Shown in pieces: positions 11,746 through 25,800 of a stretch of DNA of 64,000 nucleotides. The position numbers and the translations under genes are program-made. The notes beneath the pieces were generated by a model, which did not search any database, was not told the origin of the DNA, and saw only the letters and a program-made list of their open reading frames with translations. Within the stretch, counting starts at the first letter, position 1. Each line of letters starts with the position of its first letter. Origin of the DNA: Fonticula alba ATCC 38817 (taxonomy: Eukaryota > Protista > Nucleariida); assembly GCA_000388065.2 (NCBI GenBank), contig KB932205.1. The stretch is one strand, 5' to 3'.

Positions 11746-13310
11746 GGCGACGGCGGCGGCGGCGGCGGCTGCTGCTGGTGCCCACGGGTGGTGTTGGCGG
11801 CTGTTGTTGAGGGATGCGCGGAGGGGAGAAAGGAAAGAAGAAAGAAAAGAGGGGAGTGTGTCTGTGCGCGAGAACGAGGGAGGTGGGGGTGGGGGTGGGG
11901 GTAGGGGGAGAGATGGAGAGAGCATGCAGGAGACACCTGGTGGAGAGCCGGAGATGGAACCTTCTTTTTCTTTTCTTTTTTTTCTTTTTCTCACCCCCTT
12001 CCCTCCTCGAGCCTTGTGCCGGGCTTTCCCGGTGTGGATTGGTGGGCATGCGCGCCGTAAACACGCATGGGCCGATCGGGGGTGCGGGGGTGCGGTTGGG
12101 GAGGGGGGGGGGGGGGGGGAACGGGGGGCACACAACCTGCCGGGCGGTCGGGGCGAAGGCGAGGTAGGCCCTGAGGGGGCTCTTACTCCTGCTCGACGAA
12201 GGAGGGGAGGACCTCCTGGAGGGTGCGCTGTGTCGGCGGGGAGGGGGTGGTCCCCGATGGGGGGGGGGGGGGGGGGATGAACAGGGGGGGGCTGTGGCCG
12301 ACCGAGGACGCTGGGCGGGGGGCTAACAGCCCGAGGGGGATTTCCTCGGGGGAGATCCCCTCTCGAGGGCCATGATGGCCGGGATTCGTGGGCAGACGCA
12401 TTCATGGGCACATGCCGCCGATGCGCCCAAGGAGGGCGTGATCCCGGGGATATCACGCCTCCGGGTGAACCCACCTTCGGGGCGGGGAGTCCTCGGTGCC
12501 CTGCCAGGAGCTGTGACCCGGGATTGCCTGGGCGTGGCTTTGTGCGTGGCAAAGTTGTTGGTGTTGTTGTTGTTCCGGGGGGGGGGGGGGATGTTTCCAT
12601 TCAGAAGGATGATATGTGCTTTTGCTCATTTTCGCCTCGCACGACATCCCCTGCTGGGTGTATTTTCTTGCGAGAGTGTGCAGGCATCCCGTGGCGGGAC
12701 GGCGGGGAGGGGGGGGGGGCCTAGCCGGAGGAAGAGGCGACTCTGGCGTGTGCCCCGCACGGCCCCCGATAGGGGCAGAGGGGTCTGGCCCCGGGTAGCC
12801 AGAGGCCGTGGGAATACATCAGCGAGAGAGACGGGCGGGCCGGTGCGCGGCCGGTGCCCTCGATGGTGTGCCCGCTCCGGGGTGCCGGCTCATCCGGCGG
12901 GGGCGAGGGGCGGTGGTCCGGTGGAGTGCCCCATATTGTAACTGGGCATTCATCGGAGTGGCCGGGAGTGGAATGTCATTCTCCATATGAGGTCCGGCCT
13001 GCCGCGTCCCCTAGATCTCCGGGCGTGTTGGTGCCATAGAGGGGGCGGCTGTGTCGGGGGGCGGGGGGCGGCGGAGGGTATCGGTGTTCGGCACGCGGGG
13101 AGGGGGGCGGCATAGCACCCGGCTATCTGTCTTTCGCCCCTACCCTTAAGCCTGCCCAGCACCCCTCATCCACCGGGGGGGCTGCTCCTCTGCCGAGAGG
13201 GGTCCCCGCCCATCGAGGATGCCCATGTTCGGGCCCTTGCGTGCAGGGCATGTGTCGGGAGGCCGGCTCCGGGGGGGGGGCGAGGCTCGACCGCGTGCGG
13301 GAGAGGGGGG

Positions 13311-13362
<52 letters not shown>

Positions 13363-13365
13363 CGG

Positions 13366-13404
<39 letters not shown>
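13311..13404. repeat. Poly-G tract in the ESF1/OSBP divergent intergenic region
   Basis: Near-continuous G run with one short interruption. Confidence 0.85.
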
Positions 13405-13406
<2 letters not shown>

Positions 13407-14566
13407 CGCGCCAGTCTCTGTGGGCTGGCAGTTAGCCTGCCGCGAAGTGCGGGCAAAGGGGCCAGAGCTTGGCAGGGTCTGGCCGTGGTGCGGAGAAGGG
13501 CGCGGGGGCAGCGAGTGGGGGAGCCTCTTGCCCAGGGCGCGCCCCCTGCCGGGGGCCGAGAGGGCTGCCGGCGCGCTCGACCCCCCGGGGCTGCTTGCGC
13601 ACGAGAGGATTCACCCAGGCCTACGCTCGTTGGCTGCCGGTCCTTACTTGGACTTGCTGCGGCGGGCGGGGGCCGGCAGCGGGAGGAAGGGGCGAGGGCG
13701 GGGGGAGCCACCGGGCCCCGCGCGCTCATTAACTGCTGCTGTCTTGCCTGATGCCGGCTGCTGGCTTGCCACAACTGGACCAAAAGTTCCGGCCACCGCG
13801 AGCACGGCCATGTGAAACCCCGCAATCGTCAACATTCGCAGGGCGGGGGGGGGGGGGGGCGGGAGCTGGCGCGGGGACCGGAAGACCAGAGAGAAAGAGA
13901 GAGAGTCCTGCCGTGGGGCGGCGGCGTGGATGTCGCCAGTCTGCCCTGCTGGTGTCTCGTGCAGCGCACACAGTAGGCTCTAGTAATAGGGGAAGCCCGC
14001 GCCCCTCCGGGCGGAAACCCCTGGGGGAGGGGGAGGGGTGCTCGCCAAGAAGGTTGGCACCCACCAAGGCTTTTCCCTGGCGAGCGGACACAGGCACGCC
14101 GTCTTCCGCGCGTCGGGCCCTTTCCTTGGAGGAGCCGGGCGCCGAGGCTGGGAGCCCCCGAGAGGAGAGGCATGGTTTTCCTGTCCCCCACACCGCCTAG
14201 CGGGGGGGGGGGGGGGGGGGGGGCGCCGGTGAGAGGGCGCGCGCCATGTTCAGTGACACACCCGCGGCAACCTTCGCCCGTTGGCATCATAGGGGGTATT
14301 TGTTTTTCCCCCCCTTGGAGGGGACAGGCCGACAGAAATAAGCTGGAGCCGAGAAAGGCCCCCCTGCCGGAAGCCCTCGAGGCACGGCGGGGCCCGGGGG
14401 GGGGGGGGGGGGTGAGGTGCCCCTGATGACAGTCTGCCCGAGCTCGAGGTCCGATGTCCGAACGATTGTCGCGGCTCCGGGCCTCTGTGCCGACGCCGGG
14501 GTGCCATGGCTTCCGGTCCGCGGGCGAGCCCGGACGCGTGTGGTGGCCAGGGGCGCATGCGCGTCT

Positions 14567-14604
<38 letters not shown>

Positions 14605-15457
14605 TTCTCACCCGATCTTCTCACGCTCGGGCATCCGCCTCGTTTCGCGGCCTCCCCTCGCGCCGCTCGCCCCTTCTTTAACTACCCTCCCGTACGCTTG
14701 CACATCTTGGGCCATGTGCGTGTGTGTGGGTGTGTATGTGTGTGCGTACGCGCGGGCCGCCCGCCGTGGGTGACCAGCCATCGCAAAGGCGCTCCAAACG
14801 CCGCGGCGATTTGGGCATATCGAAATGCTTGGGCTCAGGCGCATGGCAGGGCTGTTGTGCCTTTCTGAGAACCACCCACATTCGGCCAAGGGTGTCTCTG
14901 ACCAGGCTTGCCGTGCTCTGCTTACCTGAAGGGTGGCTGGATTTTCTGGGGCGCATTCGCTGGTGAATGCCTTTGGCCCCCCCCTCCCCCCCCCTCGCCC
15001 CTCCCGGTCCCCGCCCTCGGTGCTCCCGGTGCCCGTCGAGCTAGCCCCTAGGTCGGGAGGAACGCACCGGGGCCGAGCGTAGGCCGGCTTGGCCTCCGAA
15101 CGGACGGGAAAAGGAGGCTCCCGTGCGTCTGCGCGTGTGTGTATTTTCCTGGAGCATGGGCACCATCCGGCTGACGATCCCCCCCCCCCCCCCCGCCCCC
15201 CCCGCCGTCGCCGCCCCTCACCCCGCTGGCCCTGCCGCCTCGACCGTCCTGACCCCCGCAGGTGGCGAGAGGTGTGCACGCAAGGTACCCTCTCGATGGA
15301 GGATAGGCGGGTGCTATGCCGTGTGGGGACAGCGGCACCCTGGCGCTCGTCCAGCGTGGGCATCCTGTCAGATGAAGGGACATGCCCGGGGGTGGGTGCG
15401 GGGGGGGGGGGGGATGGTTCACTCTGTTGTGTGTTGGGCACCGACCGCCCCATGGTG

Positions 15458-15488
<31 letters not shown>

Positions 15489-16935
15489 GGACGAGTCTGC
15501 GGGCGGAGAGCCATGCTGCCAGTCTCGCCGGACCCAGCGGGCCGGGCCCGGGGCTTTCCTGCCGTGTGCCACCAGCACATATATTGGGGCGTGCTGCAGG
15601 CCCGGGCCGGGGGGAGGGGCTGGGCGGGGGCCCGGAATCTGAACCGAGCTGGGCGGGGGAGCCTCAGTGCCAGAGACTCGCATGATGCCCACTTAACATG
15701 CCGCACTCTGCCCACCCAAGCGGAGGGCCGGGAGTGCGCGAGCGCACGCACGCGTGTCTGTACGCGCATTGTATATGCCTGCGGAGAGGGCCGAAGGGGC
15801 GGGGATGTAACGCGGCATGACCATGGTCTGGTTGGTGGGGAACGCCCGGGCCGGGCACACACACACACACACACACACATACACACACACACACACACAC
15901 GAGAGGGGGCGCGGGGAACTACCCGAAGGCGTCGCCCCCGCGTTCCCCGGCGTCCAGGCACACCGTGAGGTAGATTACACTCGCCCCGGGTTTTTTTTTT
16001 ATCGGCCGGGGGCCGGGGGGCCGGGGGGGGGGCGTGGAGGGGCCCCTCCGAGGCACAACAGCGCGCCTCGGGAGACGCCACACGGCCTCGGGGCGCGCGG
16101 TTAAAGATCGCCCCCGGGCGTGAAAGCCCCATGTGCGGGTCCCTGTCCCCTGGGGGAGGGGCGGGGGCCGAAGATTGAGGCCGCCCTCACGTATGCGTGC
16201 ACGCGCGCGTGCGCGCGTGCGCACAGGCGTGAGCGCCCCCTCTTTCCCGCCTGCCGCGGCCGAACAGGCGGTCGGACGCGCACCAAACCGGCCCGGGGTT
16301 GGGGCCAGCATAGGGGGCCAGTCCCAGACAATCCCATCCCCCACCCACGGTCTGGTGGGCAGAGGCCCGCCTCCCCCTGTGTCTAGCCCCAAGTCCGGCC
16401 GCGCGTGCGTTTGTCCTCGCCCTCTTTCGCCGCTGTTTTCCGGCCCGGGGCACTCCCCCGGACCAGATCCTGCGCCCGGCGCCCCGCCCCTCCGCCTCCG
16501 CGTCCGGACTGGGCTCCAGCAGCCGCCCTGGCAGAGGCCTGGCTTCCAGCCTCACCCGAAGACGGGCTTCTCGAGGCGCGCGCACGCGCGCGCGCGCGGC
16601 CCCCACCCGGGTTTTCAGCCACCGCCGAGGCCCCTGGCTCGCGGCCGACCGTCACCCGGAAAAACGTATGCCCCTCCCCCCCCCCTTCTCCTTCGCTCCC
16701 GCCCTCTGTCCTCGATCCCTTGTCCTTGCTGCCGCTCGCCCGTCCACCCCCGCCCGTGTCCGCCCCGACCAACCCTCCTCCCCTCCCCCCGCCCCCTCTC
16801 CCAACAACCAACCGCGCACACCTCCCGACCCTGCTCGGCTCCCCTCCTCGCGCAGCCTATTTCCGTTTTCCTGCCCCGCCTGCGCTTTGCCCGCGAGTGT
16901 GCACTCCTCTCTCCCTCCTCTCCGCCGTCGCAACC

Positions 16936-19158
16936 ATGTCCGAGGATAATGTCGTCCCCACCTCCCAGAAGGGTTCCTTCACCACCTTCCTGAAGACCGT
17001 GCGCACACACACATGCCCCCACACCCGCTGGCTCACTCACGGCGACAGGCACCCGGACAAGGCCCCGCCCTCTGTCCTGCCATCTTGCTCACGCCTCGCC
17101 TCCCGCCGAGCTCCTTCCTCCTCCTCGGCCCCTGACCTTCCCTCGCTGTCTCTCTCTCTCTCTTTTCCTCTCTCTCTCACACACACACACACGATGCACA
17201 TGTGGTGTGTCCATGGCTGCCCTCGTTGCTTCGCTGCGCCCACGCACGAGTAGATCGCCTCCACCACGGCCGATCTCAGCACTCTCTCGTGCCCGGCCTT
17301 CCTGCTGGAGGGCATCTCCGTTCTGGAGCACACCACCAGTTACATGATGGTCCCGGAGCTCCTGTTCAACATCAACAAGGAGTCTGACCCTGTCGGTACG
17401 TGTGCCCCTCATTATTCTCTCTTTCTCTCCCCTTCTTCCTCCCTCTCTCCCGCTCCCGCGCCCTCTTTCTTGCCTGGCTTTTGATCACAGCCTCGACGCA
17501 GCAACTGACCGACCCCCCGGCCATATTGGCCTCCTCCCTGTCGGACTCCCGACGCCACCAGCCCGCATGCGCGCCGTTGTTGCCTGGTGGATTACCAACG
17601 TCTACCAGTCTTACGGCGCCCCCTTCGCCGGTGGTAGCTCCGTCAAGAAGCCCTACAACCCGGTCCTCGGCGAGCAGTTCCACTGCACCTGGCCCAAGGG
17701 CGGCCCCGTCGAGTCCGAGGTCCACCTGGAGGCCGAGCAGGTTTCCCACCACCCCCCGGTCAGTGCTTTCTACCTCGAGTGCCCGGAGCAGCGCCTCTGT
17801 GTGAACGGCTCCATCTTCTCGGGCGCCCGCTTCCGTGGCACCAGTGTTCGCGTGCGTGAGGCTTGCATCTCCGCCTCCTTTTCTGTCCCCCCTCCCTCCC
17901 TCCCTCCCTCTCTCTCTCTCTCTCCTGTGCTGCCCCTGGCCCCACACATACTCTCCTCGCGTGCCCTGACAGCGCCCACTCCCCCTCCTTGTGCCTCCCC
18001 CTGGTCCTTGTCCACACCTGGCCACCTTTCTGCCGTGTCCCTCGGAACTGCCACCATTGCCGCTGCCCCCCTCCTCGCACACAGGTTCGCATTTACGGCC
18101 ACGTTGTTCTGCGTCTGCAGGACCACGATGACGAGTACCGGCTCACCTACCCCGAGGCCGACCTGCGCGGTCTCTTCACTGGCCAGCTGTTCGCCGAGCT
18201 CAGTGGCATGGCCACCATCACCTCCAAGTCTGGCTACTCGGCCACCATTAACTACCTGCCGTGCGTGGCAAGCCCGCCTCCCTTGCCCTTCGGCCCCGTT
18301 GTCTCTCACCCCCGGTCGCTGCATTCCTCCCTCAACACCCCACTCACCATGCTCCGTGCCCCCCCCCCCCGCGCGCGCCCGCGTCCCCCATGCCCACAGC
18401 AAGCCGTGGTTCCACGGCTCGTACCACATGATCAACGGCTTTGTCTCGCCGTCCAGCTCCCACAATGTCGACAACGCCCTCTTCCACATTTCCGGCAAGT
18501 GGGTCGGCCGCGTCATGTGGAACGAGGCCGGCTCCAAGACGCAGAACCTCCTGCTTGACGTCGACACTCTGGTCAACACCAACCCCACGGTCCCGCCCCT
18601 GGAGGAGCAGGGTGAGCTGGAGTCCCAGAAGATCTGGGCCCCGGTGACCGCCGCCCTGCGTGTGCAGGACTACTCCACGGCCCTTGCCGAGAAGAACACC
18701 ATCGAGGAGCACCAGCGTGCCCTGCGTCGCCAGCGTGAGGCTGATGGGTGCGTTTTCTGTCTCTCTGTCTCGACTTCCTGCGGGGGCGGGGGGGGAGCAC
18801 CAGGGCCGGCGAAAAAAAAAAAAGGAAAAGAGGCGGCCGAGGAGAAAGCAACCCCTCGGGGTGCCCCTCCTTCCATGGGGGGACACTCTTTGTCTTGTCT
18901 CGGCTTCGGTGCCCCCCCGCCCCCCCCCCTAGCCATCTGTTCTAACTTGATGATCCGCCCCTGCCCCCTCCCCCCTCCTTTTCTGGCTGATTGCCACGCA
19001 CGATGGTGTCTGCCGCACACACACACAGTACTCCCTTCCAGGCGGTCCATTTCGACAACATCACCGACATGAGCCAGCTCATCCCTGAGAACGATATTTG
19101 CGAGGAGACCGGCACCGTGATCTCCTACTACTGGCAGCACAAGCGCATGCTCCAGTAA
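16936..19158 (+). CDS. Short (ORD-only) oxysterol-binding protein, Osh4/Kes1-like, 6 exons, ~382 aa
   Basis: Exons 16936-16998, 17254-17395, 17562-17851, 18085-18260, 18400-18747, 19029-19158 join in frame (1149 nt). OSBP signatures KKPYNPVLGEQF and EQVSHHPPVSAFY are present, with lid region DLSTLSCPAFLL and C-terminal ESQKIWAPVTAAL...EKNTIEEHQRALR. There is no PH or FFAT region. Confidence 0.92.
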
Positions 19159-19827
19159 GCATGTGAGACACTCCAAGAGAGCGAGCACGCGCGCGCGCGC
19201 GCGTGCTCGCGCACACACACACACACCGAGACAAAGGTCAAGAGCGAGGGAGAGAGAGGTTTTGAGGAAGACCACCGGACTGGGGGGATATTCGCACGGA
19301 GAAGCCGCACACGACGCGTGCAACGTCCAGATACTTCCCTCTGTTCGTCCTCCTCCTCCTCTCCCCTCTCATTGTCCCGTCGGGCTCACTCCCAACACCA
19401 CCATATACAGATATACATATGCCCCCTTTTCCTCTTGGGGGGATGCCGTCTCGCGATTGCTGTCGTGCTCCGTTCCTTCTCCTGCCCTGTCTTTCCCCCT
19501 ATCTCCTCCTTCCCCCTCCCCGATCGCACAAGATAAAAAAGTTAAATCCTGATTCCCTGTTTGTTTGTTTGTGTGTGTGTGTGTGTACATGGTGGTGCTT
19601 CCAAATGTGTGCACCCAAATAGGGGGCACAAGTGCGGCTGAAGAGGTAAAGAGATCGGGGGAAAGGGGACGTAAAAGTATATTGTTGGTAGTCTATGGGG
19701 TTTGCCAACAGAACTAACGGGGGGGGGGGGGGGGGAGGGGCGCCACAAAAACAAACAAAACCAAAGGCGGGAGGAAAAAAAAAAACAAGGGGGGAGAGAA
19801 CACAGAGAAGGAGCAGCACGATGGCGG

Positions 19828-22800
19828 CTAGTTCCCGGTGCCGGCGCTGTGCGGAGTGGCCGCCTCCGACAGGACGGAGCCGAGGACCGAGTCGAGGGCA
19901 GCCAGGATGGCCGGCTCCAGATCACCCGCAGCCGCGGGCGGCCGGGTAGTCACTGCGGCCGGGGCAGGCGGCGTCACCACCACCTGGGCCTCTTCGGGGA
20001 CCTCTTGCTGCTGCTGCTGCTCCGGCTCGATGGCCGATGGCACCGTCGTCGGTGGCCCATCCACAGCGGGAGACGGCTGGGGACCGGAATCAGGGACGGT
20101 GGCCGTCGCCGGGGGGAGAGACTCCGCCAGGTCCTCGGGAGAGGGAGGCAGACCCGGCGAGGCCCCCTCATCGGCGGCCGTCCCGGAGGACGCCCGGGAA
20201 ATCGCCGAGGAGGGCAATGGAGCTGAAGGCGGCGAGGCGGGCGGCGCCGAGGCCGACGATCCAGGCGACTGGCCGGACCGGCGATAGCGCACGTGCGTCC
20301 GGAGAATTTGGTCAATCGAGTCTTCGATCTCCCAGCCACCGGCATCGGCGTCATCTTCGGCCTCGGCCGCGGCCGGGGCGGCATCAGCCGTGGCATCGGC
20401 CCCGGCCGGGGGCGGTACAGGCCGACGGTCGAGGCAAATCGACCGCAGGCCACCGCCATGCTTGGCCGCCATGCGCAGGGCCATCAGCCCGGCCAGTGGA
20501 AGAGGCCCATTGGCCGACAGATCCAGATGCCGGAGACGCGGCAGCTCGGCCACCGCCTCCGAGATGGCGATGACACCCTCGGTCCGGATGCGTGTCCGGG
20601 CCAGGGCCAACGACCGCAAGGTCGACTGGGCCACCACGCCATCCTTGATCATTTGCCAGCCGATGGTGCCGGCCAACTGGTTGCCACTCAGGTCCAGGGC
20701 ATCCAGGCGGGCGCCACGCCGGCGAAGAGCCGCCAGGACCAGGGCCACGCCGGAGGAGCTCATGCCGCAATCCGCCAGCGACAAGCGCCGGACGGCGCAG
20801 GTGCTCACCACGGTGGCAGAGGCCCCGGGGGCCATATCACCCTCGGCCTCGTCGCCGGCCAGGAGCGGCATCATGCTCCCACCGGAGGAGGAGGAGGAGG
20901 CCCCGCCGGGCGCCGCGGAGCCCGCACCGGCCATGCCGGCCACATCAGCCGGGCCCGATCCACCCGAGGGCAGGTCCACCGGCGAGGAAACCGCCGACAG
21001 AGCAACCCCCAGGCCCGCGGGGATCCCCTCCAACAGGGCCGAGGCCAGCTGCGAGGCGCCCAGATCCCCAAGGCGGTTGCCAGCGAGGTCCAACACCCGC
21101 AGGGAAGGCAGAGAGAAGAGGGCCGCAAGGGCTCGGCCATCCAGGGCCTCGGGCCCGGCGGCGGCCGTGGCTCCGGCATACCGCCCGGCGCTGTAGGCCA
21201 GCGAGAGGAACTGCAGCGAAGCGGCCGGCGGATAATCCTCGATGGACTTCGGCAAGGGAGCATGCACATTGGCCGACAAGGGCGCGGCCAGGGACATCGG
21301 CGAAGAGGAGGACAGGCTTGACAGGGAGTTCATGGACGATGAGGAGGTCAAGCTGGCAGCGGCGGCAGCGGCCGAAGGGGACCCGGGCCCGGTCGAGCTG
21401 GCCGACGACCCGGCCGCCGTCGAGGAGGGCGCGCTCGCCGACGAAAGGGAAGCACTGCGCAGGCGCGACAGGGAGCGACGCCCCTCGCGCGTTTCGGAAT
21501 CGCCGCTCGTGCCACCCTGGCCGCCGCCGCTGGATCCGCTGCTGCCACCGGGCAGCGAGGAAGTCGGCGACGGAGAGGGAGCACTGCTGCCGCTACGACT
21601 GGACGAGGAGCTCCGGCTGCGGGACCCGCCGCCGAAAATCAGCCCGACCGCACTGCTCAAGGTCGAGCGGGAGCTGCTTTCGCGCTCGCGCACCGGCGGC
21701 TGTGTCACCGGGCTCGAGGGGGGAGGATATGCCGCGCCGAAGGGGCGGCCAGCGGAGGGGTCGCCGCCGCCGGTCCCCGAGCGCCGAGTGGCGGGATTGG
21801 GCGAGCTCGACCGACTGATCGAAGAGCCGCCACCAGACCCGGGCTCCGATCGCTCGGCGGCGGTGGTGATGGTGGTGGACTCCAGCGCGTCGGCGCCCTC
21901 CTGCTGCAGGTAGGCCGCACTCAGGAGGAAGGCATTCGGATGGCAGTCGACATACGGCGAGTCCGAGCTGCCGAACACCAGGGCCCGGACGAAGGCCATC
22001 AATGCGCCTCCGTAGAGCCCACAGCCGGCAAGCCGGGCCACCGTCAGCAGACGAACCCCCTGGCCGAGAAGCTCGCCAATGCGCGGATCCAGTGGCTGCT
22101 GCACATAGGGATTGGTCGGGGGCAGGGTCGACAGCGACCGAAGAGAGGGGCCGCCACTGCCGCTGCCGCTGCCGCCGCTCGAGCCGGAGGAGAAGGCCGC
22201 GAAGCCGCGCAAAATGCCGGCCGGCCGGGAGTCCGGGGCATCGGCCCCGGCGGTTTCCGACATCGCGCCCAGGGCCAAGGAACGTGTCAAGTAGCTGCGA
22301 TCCGGGTCGAGGAGGGCCACCTGAGACTCAAGGGCCGAGATGGTCCCATGAGGCGGGCCAGACAGCAGCGACACCTCCAGAGCCGAGAGACTCTCATTGC
22401 GCTTGAGGAAGACGCCGATGCGGCGAAGACTGTCCGGGCCAATGCGCGCGGACCCCGGGCCGCCTGGCCCATGCGGCAGGGACAGGCAATCCGGCGGGAG
22501 GCTGTCACCGCCAACCACGCGGAAGCGAGCCACCGCATTGTGGAAGAGCAGCGCATCCAGCAGCGCGACCATGGCATCATCATCCACATTCGGCGCGCCT
22601 ACCACCAGCGCACGAAGGGCCGGGTTATGCTGCGTCAGGTAGGCGATGATGTCGGCACTCCGGCGGCCCAGCAGCGGGGGCGTGTTCGGCAGAGAAAGGT
22701 CCAGGGTGCGGAGGCGACGCCCGGCATCGGCGGCGGCCTGGGTAACAGCCAAGCAGCATGCATGAGTACCGGTCCCGAGGGGCATAGGAAGAAGACAGGA

Positions 22801-25800
22801 GAGGGAGGAGGGCAGGGGGGGGGGGGGGGGGGACGAACCTTGATCTGCTGAAGGATGGGCTCACTCGGCTCGACAGCATAGCGGGCACAAAGTTGCACGT
22901 AAAACTGGAGCAGCTCCGCGGAGGAAGTGGACGACGAGGAGGAGGACGAAGTGGAGGTCGAAGCAGAGGAAGACGCATGGGCGGCTGCCGTTGTGGCCGA
23001 CGAGAGGGGAGCACCCGACGAGGTAGCTGACACGCCAGACGCCGAGCTGCTGGTGGCGGCCGGCGTGGCGGCCGACGAACTGGCCGCCCCGACGGCCGAC
23101 GGAGACTGGACCATGGGCTGACTGCTGGATGTCATGGCGGTGTGTGTTCCGCCGCTGGCGGCGGCCGAGGCGGCGGCCGAATCCAGCGACGACGGAGGGG
23201 ACCCTGCCGTGGCCGAGGACCCTGCCGACTCGGGCCGGGCAGACTTGGAGCCCGGCTGAAGGGGCGGGCTGGCGGGAACAACCATGGTCGAGTTGCCGGC
23301 CGCCGAGGAGGAGGCCTCCGCGGCGGCCCCGGGGGCGGGGGCCTTGGCCGATGTGCCGGTGCTCGAGTCCAGGGCAGCAGACGCACCGGAGGCCGGGGCG
23401 GCAGTGGTGGCGGCCGGAGCGCTGGCAACCGGCGTCTGTGACTTGAGAAGCTGGCGCTCGTGCTCGGAGTCCGGCCAGCCATGCGCCGCAACGGCCGTAG
23501 CCTCGGCCACGGACAGGGCGATGGCAGCAGCCGCGGCGGCCGCCTGGCCGGAGCCCAGGACGGCCGCATGCTGGCGGTCAAGCTGCCGCAAGTGGCGCCG
23601 GTGCTGCAGCGCCCGATCGGCGATCATCGCAATCTGGTGACGATAGTCGCGCAGGCGCTGCAGGCGCAGGCGCTCTGGGCTCGACTCGTCCAGCAAATCG
23701 CCGATGGTCAGAGTGGAGGTCGACCGAGCGACGGACACATTCGCGGCGGTGGGATCCTCGGCGGCGGCGGCGGCGGCGTCGGCGGCCTGGCTGTCGGCCA
23801 GCAGGAGCGCCTCGATGTTCTGGCGCTGCCGAGTCAGAACCTTCACCTGCTGCAGGTGGTAGGACTGGAGCTTCAGCAGGTGGCGCTGCTGCTGCAGGAC
23901 CTGATACAGCTGCACCAGCGGATGGGCCACCGGCGAGGTGGAAGCATTGCCAGGCTGGTTGGGCTGCTGGCCCGGCTGCGACGAGCCGGACTTCTGCTTC
24001 TGCTGCTGCTGCTGCAGGAGCTGCTGCTTGTGCTGCTGCTGGTACTGCTCGTAGGCCGCCTGCTGCGCCTGCTTCTGGTGCTGGTAGTGCAGGAGGAGCT
24101 GCTGCTGATGCTGCTTCTGGAAGAGAATGCGCTGGGGAAGGGAGCGCGAAGCGGCGGCCGACATGTCGGACATGCTGGAGTCGCTGTCCTCGGCCGGCGA
24201 GTCGGTGCCAAACGCCGGGGGCGAGGAGGTGCCCAGGGCACCGGACCCGGCCGAAGCGACGGCCGTCCCCCCCGGGCCACTGCCGGGACCGATGGTAGCA
24301 CCATCGGTGGCCCCGATGGCCGAAGCCGCCGATACCACCGTCGGATGATGGCTGACCACGGTCACCGGAGCCAGGAGCTCCAGGCCGGAGGTGCTGGCCG
24401 GCGGCGATTGCGACAGAGCCGGCGGCGGGCCGGTGTCCTCGGACCCGGCCGGCGCCAGGGTGGCCAGAGCAAGACGACGGCGCTGCTCAATGGCCTCGGC
24501 GTCAACCGCTCCGGCGGCCAGGGCCTCGGCAATCGGGTCATCCGGCAGGCTGCCAGACCCCCCGGAGCCAGACCCGCCGGTTGTGGGAATGCCAATCGGC
24601 TGGCTCGCGGCGCCGGCCGCAATGCCACCAGAGACACCAGGGAGGCTGGCGGATTGGCCATCAGGCGGACCGGCCACCACCCCGGCCGGGGGGACGCCCA
24701 CGCCGCCAGCCTCCGACCCAGCGGCACCGGCACCATCGGCCGCTTGTTGTGTGGCCTCGGTGAGGGAAATGGCCGGGGAGGTGGCATCGGCCGCGGCGGC
24801 TGCCGCAGCCTCGGCCGCGGCCGACGCCGACTCCGGCTCATCTGCCATATGCTCGAGATCCTGCTCGGCTACCTCCTCCGGGTCGGTGAGGAAGAGGCTG
24901 GGATCGAGACCAGCGGCCAGGGCCGCCTCGGCCTCGGCCGCAGCCTCGGTTTCACCGGCCACCGACCGAGAGGCATACGCCTCGGCACAGGCCAGCAGCG
25001 AGGCCTCCGCGCGATTGAGCTCCTGCCGGGCAGCCGACGCGGCCAGGCGCACGCGATGCAGCGGGCCGCCATCGACAATCGGCGGCGAGGCGGGGAACCG
25101 CACACGGCGACGGCGAGAGGAAGATCCGGAGGGCTGCGGCTGCGGCTGCGGCTGCGACTGCGGTGGCTGCGGCTGCGGCGGCACCAGCTCCTGGGACCCC
25201 TCGGGCCCGGCACCCGGGGCCAGTGGATTGGCCTCCGCCGGGGCCGCCGACGGAGTGGCAGCCGAGGCCGCATTCGAGCCGACCAGGGGCAGGAGAGAGG
25301 ACTCGGGCATGGCAAGAACCGCACTGGTGGGCAGGGTCTGCTGCGAGCCGCCCGGGGTCGATGTCGGCTCGAATGCGGCCTCCGCCACGCGGGTGACCGC
25401 CGCCGGGATGTCCCCCGTGTCGGCACTGCCCCGGCAGGGGGAGCCCGAAGACACGCCGGCCGAGGTGGCGCCATTGCTCCCCGGCCGGGCCGGGCTCTTG
25501 GGCCGGCACACCTCATTGCTCAGGGTGTCCTGCTCATCGTCGGAAATTTGGTCAGTGTCATTGTCCGACTGCTCGTGGGCCGGGGCAGGGCCGGATGCCG
25601 AGCCGGCAGCAGGGCCGGCCGCCTCATCATTGGCGTCTGGCCCGCCGGCCGTGGGGATGGGGGTGGCGGTGTGCTCGGAGGGCGAGCGAGATGGCCTGAC
25701 AGCCCCATGGGCCGCGTGCAGGTGCTGGTCGCCATCATCATCATCGTCATCGTCATCGTCATCCACATCGTCCACATCGTCCACATAGTCGGAGTCGGTG

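Noticed and set aside
14924-14933. CTTACCTG resembling the 5' end of U1 snRNA
   Set aside because: Downstream sequence lacks recognisable U1 stem-loop I/II motifs and an Sm site.
11746-16935. Many short ORFs in the 5.2-kb ESF1/OSBP intergenic region, and similarly in 1-3590 and 29750-33610
   Set aside because: Translations are dominated by homopolymer and microsatellite reading. There is no coding-type codon bias and no phase-consistent exon chain.
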